A DNA stretch of 64,000 nucleotides from Octopus vulgaris (taxonomy: Eukaryota), in NCBI GenBank assembly GCA_951406725.2, contig OX597823.1, positions 61,256,001 through 61,320,000 on the forward strand, written 5' to 3'. The notes under the pieces are model-generated. The model made no database searches. It saw only the letters and a list, made by a program, of their open reading frames with translations, and was not told the origin of the DNA. This document shows, in pieces, positions 37,140 to 50,922 of this stretch (position 1 is its first letter; the number at the start of each line of letters is the position of its first letter). Made by a program: the position numbers and the translations under genes.

Positions 37140-38148
37140 AAGGCATATCAATAATGCCGATGTTGGTGTGGTTGGTGTTACCGTTGATGGTGTTAATGGT
37201 GATGTTGTTGATGATGCTGGTGGTCTTACTGGTGATGACGGCACTGGTGCTGGTAGTGTTATTGGTGTTAATATTTTTGGTGCTGGTGGTGACATTGCTG
37301 CTGTTATTGGTAGTGGAGTAGTGAGTGGTGGTCATTGGCGATGTGATTGTTGATGTCGATGTTGTTGTTGTTCTGGTTGTTGTTACTGTTGATGATTTTG
37401 TTGTTGTGGTGGTGGTGCTAGTGGAGTGGTAGTGATGTTGATGTTGATCATATTGGTGTTGATGATAATAGTGATGTTGCTGTTGGTGATGATGCTGATA
37501 ATATTACTAATGGCAATCTCGGATGGTAATGTTCGTGGTGTTAGTGTTACTGGTGTTGCTGTTGATGATGTTGTAGTTTGTGGTGGTGGTGGTGGTGATG
37601 GTGATGGTGGTGGTGGCGGTGTTGGTGTTGGTGGTGGTGGCGGTGTTGGTGTTGGTGGTGGTGGTGGTGTTAATGATATTGGAATTGATGATGATGATGA
37701 TGGTGATATCACTGTTGATAGTTTGGTGGTGGCAGAGATGGTGATGCTGGTGTTGGTGATGTTGGTGTTGATGGTGGTGGTGGTGGTGGTGGTTTTGCTG
37801 TCAATGGTGATGGTAGTAGTGGTGGTGGTGGTGGTGGCAAAGATGATGGAAATGTTGGTGTTACTGGTAATGTTGGTGATGATGATGATGCTGATGGCAT
37901 TGGTAGTGGTGGCACTAGTGTTGCTTGTGTTGGTGTTCATAGTGGTGGCGATGGGTGGTGATATCGACGACGACGATGATGATGATGATGATGCTACTGA
38001 TGCTAGTGATGATGATGGTGATAATGATAGTAATGTCAGTGATGAAATTGGTGATGATGTTTGTGACATTACCGATGTTGTAGTTGTTGTGGCTGTTGTT
38101 GTTGATGGTAGTGGTGGTGGTGGTGGTGGTGATGGTGATGGTGATGGT
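37140..38148. repeat. cryptic (GGT/GAT/GTT) trinucleotide low-complexity tract
   Basis: About 1 kb of degenerate triplet periodicity. Confidence 0.8.
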
Positions 38149-38439
38149 CTACGAAAAGAAGTATTGATGAATCTTTCTTGTCGTCATTAATCAATGAATC
38201 AAGGACGGTGAGTAAATGAGTTTGCTACATTCCTTAGATTATGAAGTCTGCCTGATAGAATTGTCGTTATCAAGCGGAATTCCCACATGGCTATGTAACA
38301 TGGTAAGTTGTAGAATTTACAAAAACACACACATATACATACACACACACATATAAAAAAAAACAGGTTGGAAAGCTCAAAACAACTTATTGATTTTAAC
38401 AAAAGTAAAGTAAAATAATATGAGTGAGAGGGTGTATAT

Positions 38440-38616
38440 ATATGTGTGAATATATGTATATAAATATATACACACGTGTGTAGGTACATGTGCACATGCA
38501 CACATATGCACATACATCTATATACATATATCTATCTATATCAATATACGTATACATGTATGTATATGTTTACACACACACACACACACATATATATATA
38601 CACATATGAGCATGTA

Positions 38617-38659
<43 letters not shown>

Positions 38660-38840
38660 ATATGTATACCTATATATATATGTATATATATATATATACA
38701 TATATATATTTATATATATATGAATATATATATATATGCATATATGTGTGTATATATATATATAGAGAGAGAGAGAGAGATAGATAGATAGATACACTGT
38801 GTATATCTATGTGTATATGTGTGTTTGTGTATACACACAT

Positions 38841-38906
<66 letters not shown>

Positions 38907-39149
38907 TTGTATTATATAAATACATTACAGCCACTATATTTGCATACTTACATATATACATATATATATCCCTGTGCTTGTGCATGTATATATATATATA
39001 TGTATATATATACACATATATGTATATATGTATATATGCATATATATATGTGAGTGTGTGTATATATAAATGTATATATGTATATATATACGTGCTTGTG
39101 TGTGTATATATATTTATATATATATATACACACATACATACTTTCACAT

Positions 39150-39220
<71 letters not shown>
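38440..39220. repeat. compound (TA)/(CA)/(TG) microsatellite field
   Basis: Direct dinucleotide runs. Confidence 0.9.
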
Positions 39221-39222
<2 letters not shown>

Positions 39223-39962
39223 ATGTTATATAATTTTGTTCATTTCATTTTAAGTAAAAATATTTGTTTATTTATTTTTCTTCCAAACACTTTTTTTCTG
39301 TTTTAAATCAACATGAGACCATTGAACCAAAGGGGGTTTTGATAAGGCTGCCATTTGAGGTCAAAGATAATTAGATGTATTCAGTCTTAACTAAATTAAT
39401 TACAAAATATGTAATAACAGAGGCTGATCAAAAAGTAATCAGGTAACATCAAATTTATTTATTTATCTATTTTTATTTATTTATTTATTTATTTATTCAT
39501 CGTCCTCCACCCACTCTTTATCATCATCATCACCATCATCAACATCATTGTTATTGTTATCATAGTCATTGCTGTTGTTGTCACCACCACCACCACCACC
39601 ACCATCGTCATCATTATCATCGACATCATCATCATCATCATCATTAAACTCATCTTTTATTTTTACCATTTAATGCTAATGATAACATCCAGTTAAATGG
39701 AACAACATCAGCAGCAGCAACAACAGCAACAACATCAACAACAACTGCATCAGCAACAATGTCAACAACAACAGCAGCAGCAGCAGCAGCAGCAACAACA
39801 CCAACAGCTTTCCAATTTTTTGGATCTCCACATGATAGCAAATGGTGAATGGGGGAGAAAGAGAGAGTGGAGGGGTTGACTGGGGTTCAAATCTCTATAC
39901 AAACAGAATAAGTGAAACAGTTGACAACAGGGGAATATCAAAACAACTGACAATCTTGAAAT

Positions 39963-40590
39963 ATTGGTTTCAAATTTTGGCACAAGGCCAGCAATTTCGG
40001 GGGAGGAGATAGGTTGATTACATCGCCCTCCAGTGGGCAACTGGTACTTATTTATCAACCCTAAAAGGACAAGAAGCAAATTCAACCTTGAGGGTACTTG
40101 AACTCAGAATGTAAAGACAGAAGAAATGCTGTTGAGCATTTTACAATTCTGTAAAACAATTCTGCCAATTTACTAACAATTCTGTCCACTTGCTAACAAT
40201 TCTGCCAACTTGCTAACAATTCTACCAACTTGCTGACAATTCTGCCAACTTGCCAACAATTCTGCCATTTTGCTGACAATTCTGCCAGCTTGCTGACAAT
40301 TCTACCAGCTTGCTGACAATTCTGCCAACTTGCTAACAATTCTGCCAACTTGCTCCCTTATTAAAGTTAAGTATTACTTTCAAGTTTTAGCACAAGGCTA
40401 GCAGCTTCAGGGAAGGGATTAAGTCAATTACATCGACCCCAGTGCTCGACTGGTAATTATTTTATTGACCCTAAAAGGATAAAAGGTAAAACCAACCTCA
40501 GCAGAATTTGAATTTGGAACATAAAGACGGATGAAATATTGCTAAGCATTTTGCCTGACATGCTAACAATTCTACAAGTCCGCTGCCTTA
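39963..40590 (-). mobile_element. two Nin/Deu-like SINEs
   Basis: Reverse-complemented family core near 40040 and 40450. Confidence 0.75.
40156..40354. repeat. 20-bp minisatellite, about 10 copies
   Basis: Unit tgctaacaattctgccaact. Confidence 0.9.
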
Positions 40591-41391
40591 TTATGGTTAA
40601 AAATTAAAACCCACAATACTGCTTAGAATAACATCCTAAAATTGTTATCTCCCACATTTGGTCAAAAAACAAAAATAAAAAAAAACAAAAGGAAACAAAA
40701 AAGTAAAACAAAAAACCCAAAGTACACACTAAAATGCGGCCACATCAATAGCTTCATTAACTGAAGATTGTCAGTGGGCTGGTTGGTGCACTTACGTTGT
40801 CAGTGTGGTAGTGTGCATAGTAACACAATACAGAAAAACATTTTTGATTGAGTCTCCATTTCCTCTACCCCCACCCCATCCCCCACTGTGACCATCAATG
40901 GAACTTGGTAGAATCAGTAAAATAGCAGATAAAATATTTTATGGTATTATTTACACTCTGAGTTCAGATCACACCAGGGTCAACTTTATTTTTATGGAGT
41001 CTCTACATGATTGTTGGGTCTGCTAGAAACAGCAGCCAAACCATTTAACGTTCATTTTTTTGTGGGATTTATTTTATTTTGTATAGTCACTATGGCTGGA
41101 TAACCTTCCTAACACCAACCACTTTACTAAGTGTACTAGGTACTTTTTCTTCTTCGTGACATCAGTACAAATGATGGATAGCCTCATAATTTGCAAGGCT
41201 AAGGCCCTAAAGTGGTCCATGAGACTGAGGGAGGATAGAACAGAGAATGAGTGATGATCCTAGATGGAGGAATGAGCAAATGGTAAGAGATGAGAATAGA
41301 GATGTATGGCAGAGTACAGAAGAAAGCAAAGGGATTACTAACAAGGCTAAGTAAAATAAGACGGACAGAATGGCTACTCTTGCTAAAAAAT

Positions 41392-41460
<69 letters not shown>

Positions 41461-41461
41461 A

Positions 41462-42006
41462 CAATAATACCTTACTTTACAAGGACCTACTTTACAAGAC
41501 CCTGGGTTTACAAGTATTATTTTTCAGCTCACTTTTGTATGGTGAGCTGAAATTTTTCAAGCACAAATTTTGAATGAAGTGCAAAAGTTTCTACTACCAT
41601 AACAAATGCTTCTACATGTTACCAAGAAATTTATAGAGAGCAAAAAAAGCTTCTTCTAAGCAAACAACTCAAGACTTGTTTTTTTAAAACGAAATCTACA
41701 AGTCTGTCTACGAGTGCTTGTGAATCGGCGATTGCGTCTACAAGTGATAGTGTTATAATAATAATATTCTTTATTGTAAGTGATCTTGACATTCTTTTTA
41801 TTTTATATAAACTATTCTTTACATTCTACTGTTGTTTTATTGCCATTTATCTATAAGTATTATAGATTTTATGAGTAAAATATTTTTCTGGGAACGAATT
41901 ATGATTTTTAACATTGCTAATATAGGAAATTATTGCTCTGCTTTACAAGTTTTGCTTTACAGACAGTCTTTGGGAACAAATTAACTCGTACATTGAGACA
42001 TTACTG
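41462..42006. mobile_element. pogo/Tigger-like MITE
   Basis: Imperfect TIRs caataataccttactttacaag / reverse complement cagtaatgtctcaatgtacgag; lies in (TATG)n. Confidence 0.55.
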
Positions 42007-42032
42007 CATTTGTATGCATGTATGTATGTATG

Positions 42033-42063
<31 letters not shown>

Positions 42064-42434
42064 TGACTGTGATTGTGTGATGTTTATGACATTTATAATA
42101 ATATTACAATGAGAACTAGAAATGAAATGAAAAGCAGGAGCTTGAAGCAGCCATTTTTGCATGTGTTGTTCACAAAGATTTTTAAATGAAAGAACATAAA
42201 GATAAGCATCTTCTTCAAACTTTCTTTTCATATTCCAAAAAATACTCAGACAGTGGATATCAAAAAAAAAAAAAAAACAAACAAACAAAAATAGGTTCAT
42301 TTTACCAGCTGATGGTCAGAAATGAGCAACTCTGAGTACTGCAAATCAGAGCCTTTCAGTTATAAAGTATTAAGGAATACTCTACATTTGTATTGAATCC
42401 CGTAATGTATCACTTCTGGTGAATCAACATATAG

Positions 42435-42483
<49 letters not shown>

Positions 42484-42907
42484 GAAATAGGTGGAAAACT
42501 AGTGATGTTGATTATGATTTTCAACAATACATTTGGGTCTCCCATGTAAACAAAACAAACGAAACTCTATATGAAGAATGTCATATCTCTATCAATCTGA
42601 AACAGAGATTTGTAAAGATATGAACAACAGCAACAACAACAACTACTACTACTTCTACCACTATTACAAAAATGAAGACAACAACAACAACGATGTAAGA
42701 ATAAAATACAAACAATTGATGTTATGTTCATGCCATATAAATATCGATATTTCAATAAAATTTTTTTGTTTCAAATTTATTTTGACTTGCGTTTTTTTTC
42801 TATTCAAACTAGTTGAAATAACAACTATTTATCAACTGTGTGTACCATGTGACATGAAGGAGAATGAGTACACAACATTATGATATAACTTTATGATATG
42901 CCAGCTA

Positions 42908-43700
42908 TTAGGTCAAGTCATAAATAATTTACGTTGTTTGGAAGTAAATTGTAACAATGCATTTCGAACTTCAGATGTTTAAAATTGAAATGGAAACTAC
43001 TGTTTTTAAAAAAAGCCTCATCTGTCATTCATATTAAACAGTGAAAGCGTGCACGTCATAGTTTAATATTAAAGTACATATTCGTCATGTGATGAGAGAG
43101 TTTAAGAATGGAAAAAATCACTACAGAAACAGCTAAAAAAAATATGCATGTTTATGGCCAAGGTGGCATTAATGATCAGCAAGTGCATAATTGGTTTTCA
43201 GAGTTTTGTTCCAGAGATTTGTCATTGAGAAATCAAACTCAGACCGGGATGCTTATCAGACTTTGATCAAGATGCTTTAAGAGAATTAGAGGATTTCAAT
43301 CCTCGTAAAAGTACTTGGGAATTAGCAATTGACCTCAACACACCCGATTTATCATCTACCACCATATGGAAAAGATAGGAAAAGTCATCAAGCTGGGTGC
43401 TTCAATTCCCCATACTGTTTGTGAGAAGAATAGGGAAGATCATATGTCCATAATGACAAGTCTTCTTTCAAGACAGAGAAATTACCTGTTTCTCAATAAT
43501 ATCATTACTGGTAATGAAAAATTGGTCTTTTATGACAATATTTGCGACAGGAGGTAGTGGATTGACAAGACTAAATCTATCTCTAAAACTAACCTCAAAG
43601 GCTGAGCTCCATAAAAAGAAGATTATAAAAGGAAGAGCTCCATAAAGGAAGATTATAAAAAGAAGAGCTCCATGTTATGGCTTGTTTTGTGCCAAACCAA
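42908..43700 (+). mobile_element. degenerate mariner transposon
   Basis: Frameshifted KVHIRHVM, VHNWFSEF, FLNNIITGNEKLVFYDN. Confidence 0.8.
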
Positions 43701-43892
43701 TCCACATGGTGCAAAATATATATGAACAAAAGACATTTAAGCATTTACACTTGAAATAAGATGTCACTACTTTTAATATCATCTACGGTAATTTTTTTTA
43801 AGTGATGATATTAACAGTAGTACTATAGGACATCATATTTTGAGCATAAATGCTTGAATGTTGTTTAATTATATATATGTGTGTGTATATAA

Positions 43893-43955
<63 letters not shown>

Positions 43956-44209
43956 GATAGATATATAGATAGATAGATAGATAGATAGAGGCATGGCTTG
44001 GTGGTTGTGTAATTGAGAAATTCACTTTCAAACCACAAAGTTTTAAGTTCACTCCCACTGCTTGGCACCTTGGGCACTTATCTTTTATTGTAGTTCCAAA
44101 GCCTTATAGGTAAATTTGGAAGATGGAAACTGAAAGGAGCCCGTTATCATCATCATCATCATCGTTATCATTGCCACCACCGCCACCACCATCATGGTCA
44201 TCATTGTTG

Positions 44210-44240
<31 letters not shown>

Positions 44241-44878
44241 ATTAAAATCATCATTTTAATGTCCTTATTTCCATGCTCACATGGGTCAGAGAAGGCTTTA
44301 TCGGAGTCTTCTCAACTGGATGCTCTTCCTGAGGCCAACCCTTGCCTGCTTCCACACAAGGCAATGATACTTCACCCTACTGAAAAAAATGAACAACCCA
44401 CACTTGCTTACACACAGTTTATGAGTCTTTTATTGACGAACATTGCACGACATGTCAAAGCATGTCAAGGAGACCAGACATGCTTTCACAATAAACATGC
44501 TCATATATAATATGCATGTGTGTGTGTGTGTGAGTGAGTGTTAGTGAGTGTGCGTGTGTGTGTGTGTCTTTGTCTTGTCATCAAACGATATATATTGACA
44601 ATGAGTATCATGCTCGTGCAAGTAGCATTATTCATTTCCAATTTTCCATAACAATAAAACATGTCCAGCCATGGCAAAAAAAAATTGCTTTGCTTGGAAA
44701 TAGATGAAGATCGACAATGAGAAGGAGATTGAGCTTCAGGAAACCTGCTTCATTGGATTCCACTTAAAATGAGCAAACATGGAAAAGTGAACGTTAAAAT
44801 GATGATGATGATATAAATTTATGTGGCTATGCCTAATTTATTTACCTTTCTCGCTTCATATATTTTATATAAATATGT

Positions 44879-44909
<31 letters not shown>

Positions 44910-45000
44910 GGTGTATACATATACATTGATCTCTTGAGCACCACCAGCAAAAAAATTTTTTTCCTTTGTCTTCCCTTCTCGGGATCTTTCCTTCTCCTTT

Positions 45001-45035
45001 GTTTCCGACGAAGAGCTCCGCTCGAAACGTTAAAC
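45001..45035 (+). ncRNA. minimal type I hammerhead motif (core variant CCGACGA)
   Basis: GUUU-CCGACGA-A-GAGC-UCC-GCUC-GAAAC-GUU-AAAC; 4-bp stems I and II, palindromic ACGU stem III. Confidence 0.65.
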
Positions 45036-45157
45036 CCTCCTTCCCTTCTTTCCTGAGCGTCAAATAATACTTTAATTGTTCCACATCCTTGCGTTGCTGT
45101 GTTTTTTTCTGTGTTTTCTTGTTTGGATTAACTATATATATATATATATATATATAT

Positions 45158-45515
45158 AGGAGTGGCTGTGTGGTAAGTAGCTTGCTTACCGACCACATAG
45201 TTCCGGGTTCAGTCTCACTGCATGGCACCTTGGGCAAGTGTCTTCTACTATAGCCTCAGGCCAACCAAAGCCTTATGAGTGGATTTGGTTGATAGAAACT
45301 GAAAGAAGCCCGTCGTATATATGTATACATATGTGTATGTGTTTGTGTGTGTTTGTATGTCTGTGTTTGTCCCCCCAAGATCGCTTGACAACTGATGCTG
45401 GTGTATTTGCGTCCCCGTAACTTAGCAATTCGGCAAAAGAGAATGATAGAATAAGTACTAGGCTTACAAAGAATAAGTCCTGGGATCGATTTACTCGACT
45501 AAAGGCGGTGCTCCA
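45158..45515 (+). mobile_element. tRNA-derived SINE (dominant family)
   Basis: Head ggagtggctgtgtggtaagtagc...gggttcagtc; homologous to 2261-2660. Confidence 0.88.
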
Positions 45516-45544
45516 ACACACACACACATATATATATGCATATA

Positions 45545-45700
45545 TACGACGGGCTTCTTTCAGTTTCTGTCTACCAAATCCACTCACAAGGCTTTGGTTG
45601 GCCCGAGGCTATAGTGGAAGACACTTGCCCAAGGTGCCATGCTGTGGGACTGAACCCAGAACCATCAGGTTGGTAAGCAAGCTACTTACCACACAGCCAA
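45545..45700 (-). mobile_element. tRNA-derived SINE head, inverted
   Basis: Reverse complement of 45162-45318. Confidence 0.85.
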
Positions 45701-46199
45701 TGTTTATATAAATATATATAAATGTATGTTTATGTGTATATGCCCAGGTTTTACTATTCACTGCATATGCCCCCACTACACTCTCCAAGCACTCTTTGCA
45801 TTCATGGGAAGTCTCTACTCCCTACATATGCACCTTGGCAGTACCCTACCATGCTCTTCCACCTTTTCACCTTATCTCCCTCTCCTTTATATTCTGATGG
45901 CCGTTCCTTGTGAACATGTCCCAGCACTTCACCACCATCTCTCTCCTGCTCTCTTGCACTCTTGCACTTTTCCACTCTCTCTTTCTCTCTTCTTCTTGCT
46001 CTGTCCCTCTGACTGATTGACCATGTACCTCCTCTACAGCAACACACCTATTACTTACCTCAATCATGATCACTCCTTGTCTTTCTCTGTCTTTCTCTCT
46101 CTCTCTCTGATTGAATAACCATGCATCTCCTCTGCAGCAAGACACCTGTTTTTGACTCTCCATCACACTCAAAGCTTTCATCATCTGACACAAGATCAC

Positions 46200-46540
46200 C
46201 TCATCCAATGTTGCATCACTCTCAAAGGATCTTTGTCTTGCAAGTTACTTGATGTCCCTACCAATGCTTGTTCCAGGTAAAAAGCAGCCAATCCACACCG
46301 TATAGGGGTTGGTATTTGGAAGAATATCCAGCTGTAAAAAAAAAAACAGGCCAAAACGTACCTCACCTGTGCTGGTGCCATGTAAAAAGCACAGTCCACT
46401 TTGTATTGTGGTTGGTGTTAGGAAGGGCATCCAGCTGTAAACACTATTTCAAAACAGACAGTGAAGCATGGTGCAATCTTCAGCCTAGTCAGCTCCTGTC
46501 AAACTGTCCAACCCTTGTCAGCATGGAAAGTAGATGTTAA

Positions 46541-46580
<40 letters not shown>
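46200..46580 (+). mobile_element. RTE 3' tail fragment
   Basis: ggttggtgttaggaagggcatccagctg...(GAT)n. Confidence 0.75.
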
Positions 46581-46581
<1 letters not shown>

Positions 46582-46899
46582 ACGTACATGATGAGTATAT
46601 ATATACACATTTATATTTGTGTGAATATACACACACATGCATACATATGTATGTATGTATGCACACAATATTAACACTTTTACATAGAGCTTTCAGTATG
46701 TAAATAAGAATGAAACACAATCCACTTCATAAAAATAAAAGCTGCAGAAAAATGAATATATTTCTCTCATTGATTTAGGCATATTTTATAGTTCATGGTT
46801 TATTTCAGTTGATTCTGTTCAAGATTAAGGTTTGATAAAGTAAAAATATTAAAAAAGCGAATACTCCTCCGAGTGGATTTCATTACTTTCACATTTATA

Positions 46900-47230
46900 C
46901 ACAAAATACCTTTTGCTTCTTATGGTACCATGTCCAGACTGTAGGACATAAGCAATCATGTTCTGCCAGAATTCTCTGTTCTTTGTTTTTTGTAACAGTT
47001 CTCCTTTTCCTTTAAATCCTTTGTTTACTGCCATAATCTCTATGCCCTCTTTGCTTGTCACATGACCAAGAAATCTCAGTGGCTTAGCACTTATTTCATG
47101 AAGCACTTTCCAAATTTACTGCACCCCAGATTATCAATTCTTCATTAGAAACACTTTGCCTGTTCATGCTATCTTCAATATCCTCCTTAAGAACCAAATT
47201 TCAGCATTTTCTCATTTCTATTGTGTATAG
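46900..47230 (-). mobile_element. degenerate RTE ORF C-terminus
   Basis: AEIWFLRRILKI and LRFLGHV...EGIE motifs. Confidence 0.55.
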
Positions 47231-47574
47231 ATGCAATTATAATTCAAGAAGTTAACAAAGTTTGTCTTTACAATCACATGGTTTCTGGTTTAATTCCATA
47301 TTGTATTGTAGCATAGGTTTTTCTAAGCCACACAAGTGAAATTTGGATGATGGAAACTGTGCAGAATCCTGTCACATGTGCATCGTCGTCGTCGTCGTCA
47401 TCGTCGTCGTCGTCGTCATCGTCGTCGTCGTCGTCGTCCTCCTCCTCCTCCTCCTCATCATCATCATCATCATCCAGTCTTGAAACATTGTATTATTCTG
47501 ATTTAGCCTGGGAAAAGGATTAAATGTACACAAGTATGGGATACTCAACTGATTACAAGTTTATATCACAAGTA

Positions 47575-48712
47575 TAAGGTGATACCACAAGTTCCTAGAC
47601 TAGTTATGTTTAATAAAAAAAATAACTTATTTACCTTTGAACTGCCCTTTCATATTGGGAAAGAGATGGAAGTCTGCAGGTGCTAAATCTGACAAATCAG
47701 GTGGGTACAGAAGCAATACCATATTGTTTTTGGTGAGAAGCTCACAAATGTGGAGAGCTTAGTGAAAAGTCTAATTCTTTGTGCTCCACAGATCTGTTCT
47801 TTCATCAAATGTCCTCACTCAAATGCTTCAAAACGTCACAGTAGAACTCTCGATTGATTGTCTGGCCCTATGGAATGAATTCTCAATGGACAGTACCACA
47901 TTTCCGGGGGTGATGTTCATTGCCTTCTGGAGATGTTCTTTCACCTTTGAAGCACCTGTGCCACTTGAAACATTCTATGTGACCCATTGCCTCATCGCTG
48001 TAAGCTTGCTGAAGTATGCTCAATGTCTCTGTAGTAGACTTGCCAAGATTACTGTGAAATTTCATGTTGGCTCTTTGTTCCTGTCTATGACAAAATTGCA
48101 GACTGCAGCATACACGTGATCACAAAACACAAATTTCACAACTTGCAATGTAAACACAGCAATCTCACTCAGCACTCAACCTCATGAAGGTCACTGCTAG
48201 CTCTCAGTGCACATGCAACCATGTCTTTTTCTCTTCTTCTTGTCTTGAGACAGAATTTACCCGGGATGGGTTGAGCTGGCTTCATTCATCCTCAATGCTG
48301 CATCTCTCAAAAACGCTGACCAAGCTGCATGATCTCCAACCACTCCTTATTCCAGCAGTGAACGCCAATACACATGGGGGCCTAGGTTGGGTTCCAGATC
48401 AGCCTTGACTGTCATCAGCCAGGTTTTTCGTTGTCTACCACATCGTTTTCGCTAACCCTGAAGGGGAGCTGGGGCAATTGCTTCATAGATGAATTCTCCT
48501 GGTTGACGACGGAGGGCATGACCCAGCCAACCCAGGATGACTTGTCGGAGGGAGGTGATTTTGCACTGGTGTCACACAGAATTGTTGGAGACAAAGTGAT
48601 GCCATCAGACACGAAGGATGCGGCATAGACAGAAGTGATCGAAGGCCTCTAGTCACTTAATATCTGTTGGTGCACTACAGAACTAGTCCAGGAACTTGTT
48701 GATACCACCTCA
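47575..48712 (-). mobile_element. internally deleted mariner with nested RTE insertion
   Basis: TIRs taaggtgataccacaagttcctagactagt / reverse complement tgaggtggtatcaacaagttcctggactagt with TA flanks; EQRANMKF..LGKSTTET..LQQAY and PPDLSDLAPADFHLFP. Confidence 0.82.
48229..48660 (-). mobile_element. RTE-clade 3' fragment nested in mariner
   Basis: RQRKTWLMTVKADLEP..GP...DHAAWSAFLRDA resembles an RTE ORF C-terminus. Confidence 0.6.
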
Positions 48713-49316
48713 TAGGAATTTAGATGATTGAACAAATGAATGTTCATTGTTATGACCAACAGAAAATATTTAACACAAAGACTTAAGAAAAAGAGAAATA
48801 CAGTGGAGGTGTTCACAGTATGATTGTTTTTGATTTAAAGTTATATTCGCTAACAGCATAGACAATTATACTGGCCAATCTCTGTCATTAATTATTAATA
48901 TTACTTACTGTTATAAATCAGACATGAATCAAAACTTCTTGAAATGAAAGTATATATAGATAAGACTTCACAGATGGTCGTTGAACTTAAAACTTGTTGC
49001 TCAAATTAATTATTCATTGTTACAATTCCAAACTTAGGAAACTTAACTGTTATTTTCTTTCAAACATTTTTTTATCATTTTTTAAAACTCATTACACAAT
49101 TTTAGTTATTTTGTTTCCATTATTTAAAAAAATTGTATATATGTGTGCGTGCGTGTGTACATGTGTTTATGTGTGTGTGTGTTTGTGTACATATATACAT
49201 ATATTCATATATGTATGTATTCATGTATATTGCACTTGAGCAGTGTATACAATATGTTCATTCATTCATACATATACTCACAGACACACATATATACACA
49301 TATATATGTACATAAA

Positions 49317-49356
<40 letters not shown>

Positions 49357-49489
49357 TTTATATATACACACACACATACACACATATATATATATATATG
49401 AACATCATCATCAACATAATCATCATCATCACCATCATCATCATTTATATATATATATATATTAAATATATACGTATATATATATAGAT

Positions 49490-50302
49490 AGAAGTGGCTG
49501 TGTGGTAAGTAGCTTGCTTACCAACGACATGGTTCCGGGTTCAGTCCCACTGCGTAGCACCTTGGGCAAGTGTCTTCTACTATAGAAAGGAAGCACTGCG
49601 TCAGTTACGACGACGAGGGTTCCGGTTGATCCGAATCAACGGAACAGCCTGCTCATAAAATTAACGTGCAAGTGGCTGAGCACTCCACAGACACGTGTAC
49701 CCTTAACGTAGTTCTCGGGGATATTCAGCATGACACAGAGAGTGACAAGGCCAGCCCTTTGAAATACAGGTACAACAGAAACAGGAAGTAAGAGAAAGTT
49801 GTGGTGAAAGAGTACAGCAGGGATCACCACCATCCCCTGCCGGAGCCTCGTGGAGCTTTAGGTGTTTTCGCTCAATAAACACTCACAACGCGATCCTATG
49901 ACCGCGATCATATGACCGCGAGTCCGCTGCCCTAACCACTGGGCCATTGCGCCTCCCTTCTACTATAGCCTCAGGCCAACCAAAGCCATGTGAGTGGGTT
50001 TGGTAGACGGAAACTGAAAGAAGCCCGTCGTATATATATATGTGCATGTGTGTATGTGTGTGTGTGTGTTTGTGTGTATGTGTGTGTGCATGTTTGTGTG
50101 TCTGTGTTTGTCCCCCCAGCATCGCTTGACAACCAATGCTAGTGTGTTTACATCCCTGTAACTTAGCGGTTCATCAAAAGAGACCGATAGAATAAGTACT
50201 AGGCTCACAAAGAATAAGTCCTGGGGTCGATTTTCTCGACTAAAGACAGTGCTCCAGCATGGCTGCAGTAAAATGACTGAAACAAGTAAAAGAGTAAAAG
50301 AG
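49490..50302 (+). mobile_element. tRNA-derived SINE (dominant family) split by a nested SINE
   Basis: Head 49490-49585 resumes at 49957. Confidence 0.88.
49586..49956 (-). mobile_element. nested tRNA-derived SINE with 12-bp TSD
   Basis: TSD cttctactatag at 49574-49585 and 49957-49968; A box TGGCCCAGTGG. Confidence 0.85.
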
Positions 50303-50335
50303 TATATATACATAAACTCACACACATATACACAC

Positions 50336-50412
<77 letters not shown>

Positions 50413-50471
50413 CATACATTCATATATATATATGTACATATGTACATATATATATATAAATACATACATTC

Positions 50472-50502
<31 letters not shown>

Positions 50503-50874
50503 CTAGACTACCTGTAACCCGTTGGGTCACCAGGAAACTGTGCTTCCCAGCAACGGAATTTTGTTTTGTTGGTATTTTCTTTTCCAGGTTATTTTGCATG
50601 CTTCCAACAAATGTGACATCAAAAGGTTACAGTTTCTTCCCTTTCAGGATGAAGTTAAATTCAGAACATTTTTCCATTATGCACAGTTTTGGGTATTTCT
50701 ACCCCAAACCCCAAATATCTGAATAACTACTGTTCCAACTTATGCAAAACTTGTTTCATTCCATTCATATTAACATTTCAGAGTAAAGTTAATTCATAAA
50801 ATTTTCCCATTATGCTCCTGTTTGGGTGGGTAACATTGCAAGCAAGCAAGTAAGATTCAAACTAACTTTTAATT

Positions 50875-50922
<48 letters not shown>

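Noticed and set aside
40156-40354. Regular short repeats resembling a CRISPR array (also 54490-54657)
   Set aside because: Units are contiguous without unique spacers, the context is eukaryotic, and there are no cas genes.
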